From an uncultured Thermoleophilia bacterium (GTDB lineage Bacteria; Actinomycetota; Thermoleophilia; UBA2241): DNA of 64,000 nucleotides. Below are positions 28,552-39,449 of this stretch, in pieces (position 1 is the first letter of the stretch; each line of letters opens with the position of its first letter). The notes under the pieces are model-generated. The model was not told the origin of the DNA and searched no databases. It was given only the letters and a program-made list of their open reading frames with translations. Where the stretch lies: assembly GCA_963715985.1 (NCBI GenBank), contig CAVQSP010000014.1, positions 672,001 to 736,000 on the forward strand, written 5' to 3'. The translations under genes and the position numbers were made by a program.

Positions 28552-30190
28552 ATGGCAGAGGGACTTTCACCGGTGGGAGGCTCCACCAAGTCATACGCCG
28601 AAGTGCGTATGGAGACGAACATGGTGCGCACCGTCACCTGGTGGCACGTGTTCTTCATCGCCGCGGGCGTGCCGGCTCTGGTCCTGTTCAACCTGGGCTC
28701 GATCTCGGCACTCACCGGCCCCGTCGCGCCGCTCGCCTGGACCATCTCGATGATCATCGGCTTCATCGACTGCTTCATCTACGCCGAGATCGCCGGCCTG
28801 CACCCGAGGAAGTCGGGCGGCACGGCCGTGCATGGCGCCACCGCCTGGATCCGCTACAGCCAGTACACGGCGCCGCTGTCACTGTGGTGCAACTGGGTGG
28901 CGTGGAGCCCGGTGCTGGCCATCGGCTCCGGCCTCGCCGCCGGCTACCTGCTCTCGATCTTCTTCGCGCCCGACGCCAGCATCAACACGTGGCAGATCAC
29001 GCTCGTTCCACTTCGACAACCTCGGCGCCAACGGCCTCGACATCCGCATCAACGCCACCTTCATCATCGGCGCCCTCATCCTGCTGGCGGTTTGGAACAT
29101 CCAGCACTACGGCATTCTGCGCACCGCCCGCATCCAGGTCATTCTCACGCTGGGCTCCCTCATCCCACTGCTCGTCGTGACCATCGTCCCGGTCTTCCAG
29201 GGCAGCGTCGTGATGAGCAACTTCTCGCCGTTCGCGCCGATCGTGAACTACGAGCCCCTGCAGTACGCCTGGAACCACCTCGGCTGGCAGTACTTCTTCG
29301 GCGCGCTGTTCATCGCCGCCTGGTGCACCTACGGGTTCGAGACGGCCGTCTGCTACATGAGCGAGTTCAAGAACCCCGGCAAGGACATGTCCAAGGCCAT
29401 CATCTGGTCGGGCGTGTTCTGCCTGTTCGTGTACATCCTCGTGCCGTTCGTCTTCCAGGGCGTGCTCGGCACCGAGGCCATGCTCGCTCCGGACATCTAC
29501 TCGGGGGCCGGCATCGGCCTTGCACTGGCCAGCATGATGGGCGCCGGCGCGGCGGTCACCAAGATCCTCGTGGTGCTGCTGGTCTTCACCCTGCTGCTCG
29601 CCATCATGACCGCCATGTCCGGCTCCTCGCGGACCATCTTCCAGGGCGGTCAGGACGGCTGGCTGCCCAAGTACCTGGCTCACCTCAACGACCACCACGT
29701 GCCCACGTACGCCATGTGGACCGACCTCACGTTCAACCTCATCCTCCTGCTGATGTCGGACTACATCTTCATCCTCGCCGCCTCCAACGTGAACTACCTG
29801 ATCTTCAACTTCCTCAACCTCAACGCCGGCTGGATCCACCGCATCGACAACGCCAAGGTGCCGCGACCCTACAAGGTGCCAATGCCGCTCTTCATCGCCG
29901 GCGTCGCCATGGCGTACGTCAACGTCTGGCTCATGGGATCCGGCGCCAACGTGTGGGGCAAGAACACCCTGCTCATCGGATGGATCGCGGCGCTCATCGC
30001 CATCCCGGTGTTCCTCTTCCGGCACTACGTCACCGACAAGGGCAAGTTCCCCGACCACATGCTCGGCGACCTGGTCCTCGAGGGACAGACTGAGCTTGGC
30101 CCCAAGAAGGCCGGCGCTTGGCCGTACGTGGCCATCGCCGTAGGTTTCGCGATCATGTTCACCGGCTACTGGTTCTTCGGCCGCTATTGA
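28552..30190 (+). CDS. APC permease (methylamine permease MtmP-like), frameshift near 29005-29009
   Basis: GVPALVLF, YAEIAGL..RKSGG in one frame; YGFETAVCYMSEF, GSSRT..Q...DGWLPKYL in the next; one extra base joins them. Confidence 0.85.
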
Positions 30191-30238
30191 TCTGAGAGGC
30201 GCGTGAGAGCGGTCCAGTCGCTCTCAGCGCACAAGAAG

Positions 30239-30277
30239 ACGGCCGCGGCGGGAGCTTCAAGCTCCCGCCGCGGCCGT
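30239..30277. terminator. Hairpin between convergent permease and USP genes
   Basis: ACGGCCGCGGCGGGAGC-ttcaa-GCTCCCGCCGCGGCCGT. Confidence 0.7.
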
Positions 30278-30313
30278 TGTCGTGCAGAGGTTCGAACGGC
30301 GCTCAGCGCGCGC

Positions 30314-30757
30314 TCACACCACCAGGATCGGTACGGTGCCGCCGGCCTCATTCAGCAACTTGCTGGCGGTGGATCCGAGATGGGTGCGCTGGCCTTCTTT
30401 CGCGCCGACGCCCTTCACGCCGACGACGATCATGCTGGCGCCGGAGTCCTTGGCCACCTTCACCATGGCCTCTTCGGGCGCGTCGGCCGTGCAGACGCTC
30501 GCCGACCTCACGCCGGCCTTCTCACAGACCGCTGAAGCCTCCGCTAGCTCTGCCTCGATACGTTTGACCAGCTTCTCGTACATCTCCTCGACGCCCATGT
30601 CGAGGCCGCGAAAGCCGATGCCCGGAGCGGGCCGGTCCTGCGAGCACGTGATGATGACCTCACCGTCGGGCGATTTCTTCGCCCAGTCGATGGCCGTGGC
30701 AAGAGCCCTCTTGGCGTGCTCTGATCCGTCGTAGCCGACGACGATCTTGTCCGCCAC
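30314..30757 (-). CDS. Universal stress protein
   Basis: IVVGYDGSEHA, IVVGVKG, LGSTASKLL...VPILVV. Confidence 0.9.
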   Translation of the reverse strand: MADKIVVGYDGSEHAKRALATAIDWAKKSPDGEVIITCSQDRPAPGIGFRGLDMGVEEMYEKLVKRIEAELAEASAVCEKAGVRSASVCTADAPEEAMVKVAKDSGASMIVVGVKGVGAKEGQRTHLGSTASKLLNEAGGTVPILVV

Positions 30758-30855
30758 AGCTCCCCCTTCCGTCAGATTGCGATTTGCGCTGCACTTTACC
30801 CGGGCGGGAGGCTGTGCAATCCAGCCAGGGCGGGTCTCACCTGTCCTCCTCCCCC

Positions 30856-31407
30856 TCAGCGTCCTCGTCGTCGTACTTCGTCTTCCTCGTCGTCATCGTC
30901 CCACTCATCCCACTCCTCCTCGTCTTCTTCGTCGTCGGGGAGGTCTTTGAGCGCCTGTCTCGCAAGCTTGCGGACGTCGGGGTCCTTCTCCTTGCTGAGC
31001 GCCTCCAGGTCCTGGCGCGCGATACCTCCCATGCGCGTGAGCGTGTCGAACACCACGCTGAAGTAGAGCAGCTTGGTCTTGATGTCGGGGTCGCCGTACT
31101 CAGGGTAGGCGCGCACCGAGTCTGCGAGGGGCACGAGCATCGGCTCGCCCAGGGTCACCGCCATGCCCGTGATCTGTCTCAGAAGGTTGATGCCGCGACG
31201 GGGGAGACGGCGGCCGCTGTGGCCCGAGTTCTTCCTCGTCCACTGGACCGTCTCGTAGAGGTACTCCGCGAGATCGTACGGATCCTCGGCGATCAACGCC
31301 TTGGCCTGGCGGCTGGTGACCGGGTCCTTTGTGTAGTTGGCCCAGTCGATGAGCCGGGCGTAGTTGCGCTGGTCCTTGAGTTTCCTTAGTTTGTCGAGGT
31401 CGGGCAT
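30856..31407 (-). CDS. Hypothetical helical protein with acidic C-terminus
   Basis: HEAT-like DPDVRKLARQAL, D/E-rich tail, coding-like codon use. Confidence 0.7.
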   Translation of the reverse strand: MPDLDKLRKLKDQRNYARLIDWANYTKDPVTSRQAKALIAEDPYDLAEYLYETVQWTRKNSGHSGRRLPRRGINLLRQITGMAVTLGEPMLVPLADSVRAYPEYGDPDIKTKLLYFSVVFDTLTRMGGIARQDLEALSKEKDPDVRKLARQALKDLPDDEEDEEEWDEWDDDDEEDEVRRRGR

Positions 31408-31464
31408 GCGAAGCCTCGCTTGTATCCATGAGCCGGGCTGGACGAAGAGTGTATCCGGCGACGT

Positions 31465-31493
31465 TTGACTGCATATACCCCTATGGGTATCTT
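31465..31493 (+). promoter_or_regulatory. Sigma70-type promoter with a palindromic operator in the spacer
   Basis: TTGACT-17 nt-TATCTT; ATACCC-ctat-GGGTAT at 31475-31490. Confidence 0.6.
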
Positions 31494-31538
31494 TGGGCGA
31501 GTGTGTCTTCGACAGCAGACCAGGAGAGAGGAGACGGC

Positions 31539-31883
31539 ATGCAACAAGGCCGTGTGGACATCGATGCCGGCATCTGCCTGCACAAGACCTCGGCTGTGGC
31601 CTCCACGGACGACATGCGCATGGTCACCTTCGAGATGGAGACCACGTGCGCGAACGTTGAACGGCTCATGGAGATCGTCGCCAACGGCGAGGCCATCGAC
31701 GCGTACCACGAGATCGACACGCGGGTGGAGAGCGACATCGTGGCGGCGGGCAAGACCGCGCGCGTGTGCACCGACTGCGTAGTCCCGGTGTCGGTGATCA
31801 AGGCGCTGCGCATCGCCGCCGGCCTTGCGATGGTGAGGGACGTGAACATCGCCATCGCGGAGGGCGACGCCCCCAAGGCCTGA
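31539..31883 (+). CDS. Small Cys-containing conserved protein (DUF6951-like)
   Basis: IDAGIC, TTC, CTDCVVPVSVIKAL..AAGLA..RDV.I pattern; family name from recollection. Confidence 0.7.
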   Translation: MQQGRVDIDAGICLHKTSAVASTDDMRMVTFEMETTCANVERLMEIVANGEAIDAYHEIDTRVESDIVAAGKTARVCTDCVVPVSVIKALRIAAGLAMVRDVNIAIAEGDAPKA

Positions 31884-31895
31884 CAGTACGACCTG

Positions 31896-31932
31896 GGCCG
31901 GCCCGCGCGAGCGGGCCGGCCTTTCTTCGTTT
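31896..31932 (+). terminator. Intrinsic terminator
   Basis: GGCCGGCCCGC-gcga-GCGGGCCGGCC followed by TTTCTTCGTTT. Confidence 0.8.
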
Positions 31933-32063
31933 CGACCTTGTCACGAGGCTGCACACACCCCACAATAGCCTGCAGTCGCGGGCTCAACGGGGTTGCCGAC
32001 TGCCGGCATCGCTCCGCTTCGCACCCGCCGCCATGTACACCTACCAAGGAGAGAGGTGCCGGA

Positions 32064-32858
32064 ATGACCGCCGACCCTGCAGTGCTCAAGGAACAGTGGC
32101 GCGCCGCCGCCGCCGAGCACGGATTCGAACTGTTCGGCGTGGTCTCCGCCGAGGTGCTCGCCGAGGTCCCCTTCCCGCCCAACCGCTGTCTCGACGTGCC
32201 CGAGGGCTTCCTGCCGGGCGCGCGCAGCGTCATCGTCGTGGGCATGCACATCTGGGACCCTCTGCAGAACGCCGTGGTGACCACGGTCCTGCCGGACGGG
32301 GCGATCCCGTTCGACGACGTGCCGGGCTCGCAGTACTACAACATGTATTACGAGATCACCGAGGCACGGGCACACCGCTTCACGGAGACGGTGCGCGAGG
32401 CGGGCTACCGCACGGCCGTCACCCACTTCGTGCACGGCAAGGCGGCGGCGACGCTCGCCGGACTCGGCTGGATCGGCAAGCAGACGCTCTGTATCACGCC
32501 GCAGCTCGGCCCGCACGTGCGCTTCTGCTTCGTGGTCACCGATGCGGTGCTTCCCTACGACGAGCCGTTCACCGAGGACCTCTGCGGCGACTGCGACCTC
32601 TGCATCAAGTCGTGCCCGACGCAGGCCATCATCCCCGGCGCCTCCCAAGGGGTCGAGCCGGGCAAGAAGGTCGACTTCTGGAAGTGCATCGTGCCGCAGG
32701 AGATGCTGGCCGAGCCCGCCAAAGCCTGGGAGAAGTGGGCCGGGCACTACTCGCCGCGCGGCAGCCACGAGTGCCTCATCTGCCTCGACGCCTGCCCGGT
32801 GGGCAGGGAAGAGCATGAGCGTCGCGTGGCCGCCTATGCGTCCAAGCCGTCTGGCTGA
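32064..32858 (+). CDS. QueG/epoxyqueuosine reductase-like cobalamin/4Fe-4S protein
   Basis: PGARSVIV, KAAATLAGLGWIGK..L.ITPQLG, CGDCDLCIKSCP, CLICLDACP. Confidence 0.8.
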   Translation: MTADPAVLKEQWRAAAAEHGFELFGVVSAEVLAEVPFPPNRCLDVPEGFLPGARSVIVVGMHIWDPLQNAVVTTVLPDGAIPFDDVPGSQYYNMYYEITEARAHRFTETVREAGYRTAVTHFVHGKAAATLAGLGWIGKQTLCITPQLGPHVRFCFVVTDAVLPYDEPFTEDLCGDCDLCIKSCPTQAIIPGASQGVEPGKKVDFWKCIVPQEMLAEPAKAWEKWAGHYSPRGSHECLICLDACPVGREEHERRVAAYASKPSG

Positions 32859-32976
32859 CCGGGCGCTCTCGGCCTGTGCCGGCGCGGGCGGACTGAGGTC
32901 GCGACCGCTCGCGCCGGCACGCTTTCGCGAGCACGGAATGCCCTGCGCTCCGTCGCTTTCGGGCCTCTGCAGCGAA

Positions 32977-33006
32977 TTGACTTTGTGAGCGCGCATCACC
33001 TACTAT
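32977..33006 (+). promoter_or_regulatory. Sigma70-type promoter of the ncRNA
   Basis: TTGACT-18 nt-TACTAT. Confidence 0.65.
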
Positions 33007-33027
33007 CCTCTTGCGCGACGTGTACGC

Positions 33028-33218
33028 GTGCTTTGTGCAATTCACCCTCGCTCTTGCATGGCGATAGGAACGGCGCTTCGGTGCCGGGTTAGCTGAAACC
33101 GACGACACAGGGGTTGAACTGGGAGGTTTGGAAGTTTCCGCATCCTGACTATCGTTCTGACCCCTGGACGCTGACACAGCTGAGACCACCACATCGCTTG
33201 CACCTGCGAGTGCAGCAC
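33028..33218 (+). ncRNA. ssrS: 6S RNA-like rod-shaped non-coding RNA
   Basis: Nested pairings CTCGC/GCGAG, GCGAT/ATCGC, AGCTG/CAGCT, CAGGGGTTGAAC/GTTCTGACCCCTG; own promoter and terminator; upstream of rny. Confidence 0.7.
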
Positions 33219-33220
33219 TG

Positions 33221-33246
33221 GCCGGGCGCGTTGCCCGGCTTTTTTT
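33221..33246 (+). terminator. Intrinsic terminator
   Basis: GCCGGGC-gcgtt-GCCCGGC followed by T7. Confidence 0.85.
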
Positions 33247-33278
33247 GTGCTGCATGACCTGTGAAGGGATAGGACGGA

Positions 33279-34811
33279 ATGATGACAGCCGTATACATCG
33301 TGGTGGGCCTGGCAGTCGGCGTCGTGGTCGGCTACCTGGTACGCCGCAACCTCGCCTCCAGCAAGCTGGCGGGGGCCGAGCGCGAGGCCGAGCGCACCCT
33401 GCGCGATGCCAAGCGCGAGGCGGAGACGATCGTCAAAGAGGCCCGGCTGGAAGCCAAGGAAGAAGTGCACAAGGTACGCAGTGAGGTCGAGGCCGAGCTC
33501 AGGGACCGGCGCGAAGAAGTCAACAAGTCGGAGCAGCGCATCCTGCAGCGCGAGGAGCAGCTAGACGCGCGCGCCCTCGAGCAGGACCGCCGTGAGCAGT
33601 CCCTGCGCGACCGCGACGCCAACTCCCAGAAGATGTCGGACGAGCTGCAGATCGCCCACGACGAGGCCATGATCCAGCTGGAGCGTATCTCCGGCCTCAG
33701 CGCGGCCCAGGCCAAGGACATGCTGCTCAAGCAGACCGAGGACGAGGCCCGGCACGAGATGGCCAAGCTCGTCCGCCAGCTCGAGGAAGAGGCGCGCCGC
33801 GAATCCGACAGGCGCGCCCGCAACATCCTCTCGCTGAGCATCCAGCGCACGGCGGCCAACCACGTCGCCGAGACCACCGTGTCGGTGGTCAACCTGCCGA
33901 CCGACGACATGAAGGGCCGCATCATCGGCCGCGAGGGCCGCAATATCCGCACCCTCGAGAACATCACCGGCATCGACTTCATCATCGACGACACGCCGGA
34001 GGCCGTGGTGCTGTCCGGCTTCGACGGCGTGCGCCGCGAGATCGCCCGCCTCACGCTCACCAAGCTCATCGCCGACGGGCGCATCCACCCGGCGCGCATC
34101 GAGGAGACGTACACCCAGGCCAAGGCCGAGGTCGAGGCCGCCATGGAAGAGGCCGGCGAGCAGGCCTGCTTCGACACCAACGTGCACGGGGTGGCGCCCG
34201 AGCTCGTCAAGGTCCTCGGGCGCCTCAAGTACCGCACCAGCTACGGTCAGAACGTGCTCAACCATTCCATCGAGGTCGCCCACCTGGCCGGCATCATGGC
34301 CGCCGAGCTGGGCGCCAACGTGAAGATCGCCAAGCGTGCCGGCCTGCTGCACGACATCGGCAAGGCCGTGGACCACGAGGTGGACGGCTCGCACGCGGAC
34401 ATCTCGCAGCAGCTCTGCAAGAAGTACCGCGAGTCGCAGAGCGTGTGCCACGCCATCCAGGCGCATCACCAGGACATCGACCCGCAGACGGTCGAGGCCG
34501 TGCTCGTGCAGGCCGCCGACGCCATCTCGGCCGCGCGTCCGGGCGCCCGCCGCGAGTCGCTGGAGAACTACATCCAGCGCCTGGAGGCCCTGGAGCACAT
34601 CGCCGAGAGCAAGAAGGGCGTGGAGAAGTGCTTCGCCATGCAGGCCGGGCGTGAGGTGCGCGTCATGGTCAAGCCCGCCGAGATCGACGACGACAGCACG
34701 GCGCTGCTGGCCAGGGAGATCGCCCGCGACATCGAGGACCAGCTCGACTACCCGGGCCAGATCCGCGTGACCGTCATCCGCGAGAGCCGCGCCGTCGACA
34801 TCGCCAAGTAA
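33279..34811 (+). CDS. rny: Ribonuclease Y
   Basis: N-terminal TM, coiled coil, KH motif [16 protein letters not shown] motif LLHDIGK. Confidence 0.97.
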   Translation: MMTAVYIVVGLAVGVVVGYLVRRNLASSKLAGAEREAERTLRDAKREAETIVKEARLEAKEEVHKVRSEVEAELRDRREEVNKSEQRILQREEQLDARALEQDRREQSLRDRDANSQKMSDELQIAHDEAMIQLERISGLSAAQAKDMLLKQTEDEARHEMAKLVRQLEEEARRESDRRARNILSLSIQRTAANHVAETTVSVVNLPTDDMKGRIIGREGRNIRTLENITGIDFIIDDTPEAVVLSGFDGVRREIARLTLTKLIADGRIHPARIEETYTQAKAEVEAAMEEAGEQACFDTNVHGVAPELVKVLGRLKYRTSYGQNVLNHSIEVAHLAGIMAAELGANVKIAKRAGLLHDIGKAVDHEVDGSHADISQQLCKKYRESQSVCHAIQAHHQDIDPQTVEAVLVQAADAISAARPGARRESLENYIQRLEALEHIAESKKGVEKCFAMQAGREVRVMVKPAEIDDDSTALLAREIARDIEDQLDYPGQIRVTVIRESRAVDIAK

Positions 34812-34844
34812 GCGGCGCGGCCGGCCGGCGGCGCCCCCGCGGAC

Positions 34845-36170
34845 ATGATGGAGAGCGGCACGTACTACCTGCGCTCGTTCGGCTGTCAGATGAACGCGCA
34901 CGACGCCGAACGCATCCGCGCGCTGCTCGAGGCGCGCGGGCTGCGGCGCACGGCGAAGCCGGACGACGCCGACGTGCTGGTGTACAACACGTGCACCGTG
35001 CGCAAGAGCGCCGACGAGCGCCTCGCCGGACACCTGGGCACGGCGGCGCGCCTGAAGCGTGAGGACCCCGGGCGTGTCGTGCTCGTGACCGGCTGCCTGC
35101 CGCAGGCGGAGCAGGCGGACTTCTTCCGTCGCTTCCCGTTCGTGGACGGCGCCCTGGGCCCGCAGAACCTGCACCGCCTGCCCGACCTGCTGGAGGCGGC
35201 CATCGAGTCGGCCGTGCAGCCTGTCGGCTTCTTCGAGGACGGGCCGGCCATGAGCGGCGACCTCGCGGCGCGCCGCGAACGGCCGTTCCAGGCGTGGGTG
35301 CAGATCATGTCCGGCTGCACCAACTTCTGCTCCTACTGCATCGTGCCGCACGTGCGCGGCCCCGAGCGCAGCCGCGAGCTGGAGACGATCGTGGCCGAGG
35401 TGCGTGACCTCGTCGCGGACGGCGTCCGCGAGGTCACTCTGCTCGGCCAGAACGTGAACGCCTACGGCCTGGATCTGCGGCGCGCGGGGCGCGCCGGGGC
35501 ACCCGACTTCCCGGCGCTGCTGCACGCCCTCGACGCACTGCCCGGACTCTCTCGCGTGCGCTTCATGACGTCGCACCCCAAGGACCTCTCCGACGAGCTC
35601 GTACGGGCTGTGGCCGAGCTGCCCAGCGTGTGCGAGCACGTGCACCTGCCCGCCCAGTCGGGTGCGGACCGGGTACTGGGCGCCATGCACCGCGGCTACA
35701 CGGCCGCCCGGTATCTGGAGCGCGTCCGCGCGCTGCGGACCGCGGTCCCGGACGTGGCCGTGACCACGGACCTCATCGCCGGCTTTCCCGGCGAGACCGA
35801 CGAGGAGTTCGCGGAGACGCTGGCGCTGGTCCGCGCCGCGGAGTTCGACGCCGCCTTCACCTTCGTGTTCTCGCCGCGCCGCGGAACCGCCGCCGCCGAC
35901 CTGCCGGAGCAGGTGGCCGAGCCGGTCCGGCGCGAGCGCGTGGAGCAGCTCATCGCCTTGACTCAGGAGTACGCCCTGGCCTCGCGTCAGCGTCGGGTAG
36001 GACGCCGCGTCGAGGTCCTGGTGGAGGGCGTCAGCCGCGACGGGGTGCTGCGGCGCGGTCGTACGCGCCAGAACGTGACGGTCAACGTGGATGGACCTGC
36101 CGAGCCCGGTGCTATAGTTGATGTGGAAGTCACCGCGGCGACCTCGACGACCCTTCGCGGAAGGGTCTGA
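34845..36170 (+). CDS. miaB: tRNA-2-methylthio-N6-dimethylallyladenosine synthase
   Basis: FGCQMN, NTCTVR, GCTNFCSYCIVP, TSHP. Confidence 0.95.
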   Translation: MMESGTYYLRSFGCQMNAHDAERIRALLEARGLRRTAKPDDADVLVYNTCTVRKSADERLAGHLGTAARLKREDPGRVVLVTGCLPQAEQADFFRRFPFVDGALGPQNLHRLPDLLEAAIESAVQPVGFFEDGPAMSGDLAARRERPFQAWVQIMSGCTNFCSYCIVPHVRGPERSRELETIVAEVRDLVADGVREVTLLGQNVNAYGLDLRRAGRAGAPDFPALLHALDALPGLSRVRFMTSHPKDLSDELVRAVAELPSVCEHVHLPAQSGADRVLGAMHRGYTAARYLERVRALRTAVPDVAVTTDLIAGFPGETDEEFAETLALVRAAEFDAAFTFVFSPRRGTAAADLPEQVAEPVRRERVEQLIALTQEYALASRQRRVGRRVEVLVEGVSRDGVLRRGRTRQNVTVNVDGPAEPGAIVDVEVTAATSTTLRGRV

Positions 36171-36187
36171 CGGGGCGGACGCAGGAG

Positions 36188-36994
36188 GTGCCCGCCATGC
36201 AGGGTTGCATCTGTCCTCATCCTCCGCTGCTCATCCCCGAGGTCGGCGGCTCATCCATCCGGCGGGTCGCCGCGACCGTCGACGGCATGCAGCGGCTCGC
36301 CGAACTGGTGGGCGAACCTGAGACGGCGGTCGTCATCTCGCCGCACAGCGAGGGCTACGGTGACGCGCACGTGGTGCGTACGGCGCCTCGTCTGCACGGT
36401 GACTTTGGCCGCTTTCGTTCTCCGGATTCATCGTTCACGTACGACAACGACGTGCCGTTCGCCGAGCTGATGCTGGCGTTCGCCGGCGACTACAAGCACC
36501 TGCGCCTCGTGCCCGACGACAGCGATGTGCTCGACTGGGGCGTGCTCGTGCCGCTCAGCTTCCTTCGGGTGCGCCGTATCGTCTCGCTCTCCATCGTCAG
36601 CGCCTACGGCGCACATCGCAGCCTGGGACAGCTCGTACGACGCTGTGCGGAGGAGCTCGGCCGGGACACCCTGTTCCTGGCCTCCGGCGACCTTTCACAC
36701 GCGCTCACCCACGACGCCCCGGCGCCGTACGACCCGCGTGGCCCCCTGTTCGACGAGGAGGTCGTGCGGCTCATGCGCAACGGCGATTTCAGCGGCCTCT
36801 CGACCATGGACCCCATCCTGCTGGAGGGCGCGGCCGAGTGCGGTCTGCGCAGCTTCATCACGCTCGGCGGCTTTCTCGGCGACGATGCCCTCGTGGATCC
36901 CCAGGTCCTGAGCTACGAGGGTCCGTTCGGCGTGGGCTACCTGGTCGCGCACTTCGGGCGCTCGGCGGTGGCCGCGGCCCGGACGCCGGCGTGA
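36188..36994 (+). CDS. Memo/extradiol dioxygenase-like protein (AmmeMemoRadiSam protein B type)
   Basis: PHPPLLIPEVG, ISPH, ASGDLSH, ECGLRS, SYEGPFGVGY. Confidence 0.85.
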   Translation: MPAMQGCICPHPPLLIPEVGGSSIRRVAATVDGMQRLAELVGEPETAVVISPHSEGYGDAHVVRTAPRLHGDFGRFRSPDSSFTYDNDVPFAELMLAFAGDYKHLRLVPDDSDVLDWGVLVPLSFLRVRRIVSLSIVSAYGAHRSLGQLVRRCAEELGRDTLFLASGDLSHALTHDAPAPYDPRGPLFDEEVVRLMRNGDFSGLSTMDPILLEGAAECGLRSFITLGGFLGDDALVDPQVLSYEGPFGVGYLVAHFGRSAVAAARTPA

Positions 36995-37537
36995 GCGAGG
37001 CGCCGGGGACGTCCTGCCCCGCCGACTACGCGCGCGCTTGCGTCACGGCGTACGTGACGGGTCGTCCTGTCCCGGCGCCGCCCGACGCATGCCCTCTTCG
37101 ACCGCCCGTCCGCCTGCTTCGTCTCGCTCAAGAAGCACGGCGAGCTGCGCGGCTGCATCGGCACGCTCGAGCCCGCCGAGCACAGCCTGGGCCAGGAGAT
37201 CGCCCGCAACGCCCATTCCGCCGCCTTCTGCGATCCCCGCTTTCACCGGGTGCGGCCGGACGAGCTCGAGGCCCTCAGCTGTTCTGTGGACGTCCTCAGC
37301 GAGAGCGAGCCGTGCGGGCTGCGGGACCTGGACCCGCACGTGTACGGCGTGATCGTGAGCTGCGGCCAGCGGCGGGGCGTGTTGCTGCCGGACCTCGAGG
37401 GTGTGAACGAGGTGGCCCAGCAGGTGGACATCGCTCTGCGGAAGGCCGGCATCGGACCCGGCGAGCCGTACGACATCGAGCGCTTCACGGTGGCGCGCTA
37501 CCGCGAGGGAGACCCGCCGCGCGACGACGAGTCGTGA
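36991..37537 (+). CDS. AmmeMemoRadiSam protein A (AMMECR1 domain), frameshift near 37087-37091
   Basis: ACFVSLKKHGELRGCIGT, DPRF, SVDVLS, GVLLPDLEGV after a one-base shift. Confidence 0.85.
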
Positions 37538-38461
37538 CCCCGGCGCGAGAGCTGTCGCAGCCGGTCGTGGCGCTGTTCGGCGCCACCGCCCTGGGCAAGT
37601 CCGACGTCGCCGACGTGCTCGCCGGGCGCCTGGGCGCCGACGTGGTGGTCGCCGATTCCATGCAGGTGTACCGGGGGCTGCCGATCGTCACCAACCAGCC
37701 CGAGTCCGGGCGCAGCGCGCGGCGCCACCTGGTGGGCTTCGTCGCGCCCCAGCACGAGTTCACGGTGGCCGAGTACGCGGCGCGCGCGCACGAGGTCATC
37801 GACCGGCTGCGCGCAGAAGGGCGCGCGGTGATCGTGGAGGGCGGCTCCGGGCTCTACCTGCGGGCCGCCCTCGGCGATCTCGCGTTCGCGGACCCGCCCG
37901 ACCCGGCTGTGCGCGCCGACCTGGAGACGCGGTGGGCACAGGATCCGGCGGGCGTCGTGGACGAGCTCGACCGCCTGGACCCGGGCACACTGGCGCGCCT
38001 GGACGCCACCAACCCGCGGCGTGTGATCCGCGCGCTGGAGGCGGTTCTGGCTCACGGCGGTCCGCTGCCCCAGGAGGAGCGCACTCACCTCTGGCGGGAG
38101 CCCGAGCGCTACCCTCACCGCCTCGTGGCGCTCGTGCCCGACGAGGACCGCGAGGAGCTGCGCCGACGCATCGCGCGACGTGTGGACGAGATGCTGCTGC
38201 GGGGTGCGCTGGACGAGGTGGCGCGCGCACGAGCGGCAGGGCCGCTGTCGCGCACGGTGCAGCAGGCGATCGGCGTGCGCGAGCTGTGCGCAGTGCTGGA
38301 CGACGAGCTGACGATGAAGGAGGCGGCGGCGCGCATGACGGCCCGCACGCGGGCCTTGGCGCGCCGCCAGATGACCTGGATGCGCAAGCTGCCGCGGGCT
38401 GCTCTCGTGCCTGCGGCCGGGCGGCCCGCCGACGCCGTCGCCGCGGAGGTCCTGTCTCTGC

Positions 38462-38481
<20 letters not shown>
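37534..38481 (+). CDS. miaA: tRNA dimethylallyltransferase
   Basis: GATALGKS, DSMQVYRG, GGSGLY, RRVIRALE, ARRQMTW; ends in TAG. Confidence 0.93.
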
Positions 38482-39409
<928 letters not shown>

Positions 39410-39449
39410 CGCGCTCGTGCGCGTCGCCCTCCGCGAGCACGGGAGAGCC

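Noticed and set aside
5169-33000. tRNA-Pyl (pylT) or a cobalamin riboswitch in the island's intergenic regions
   Set aside because: No CUA-anticodon cloverleaf or B12-box recognised by eye; a covariance search is needed to exclude them
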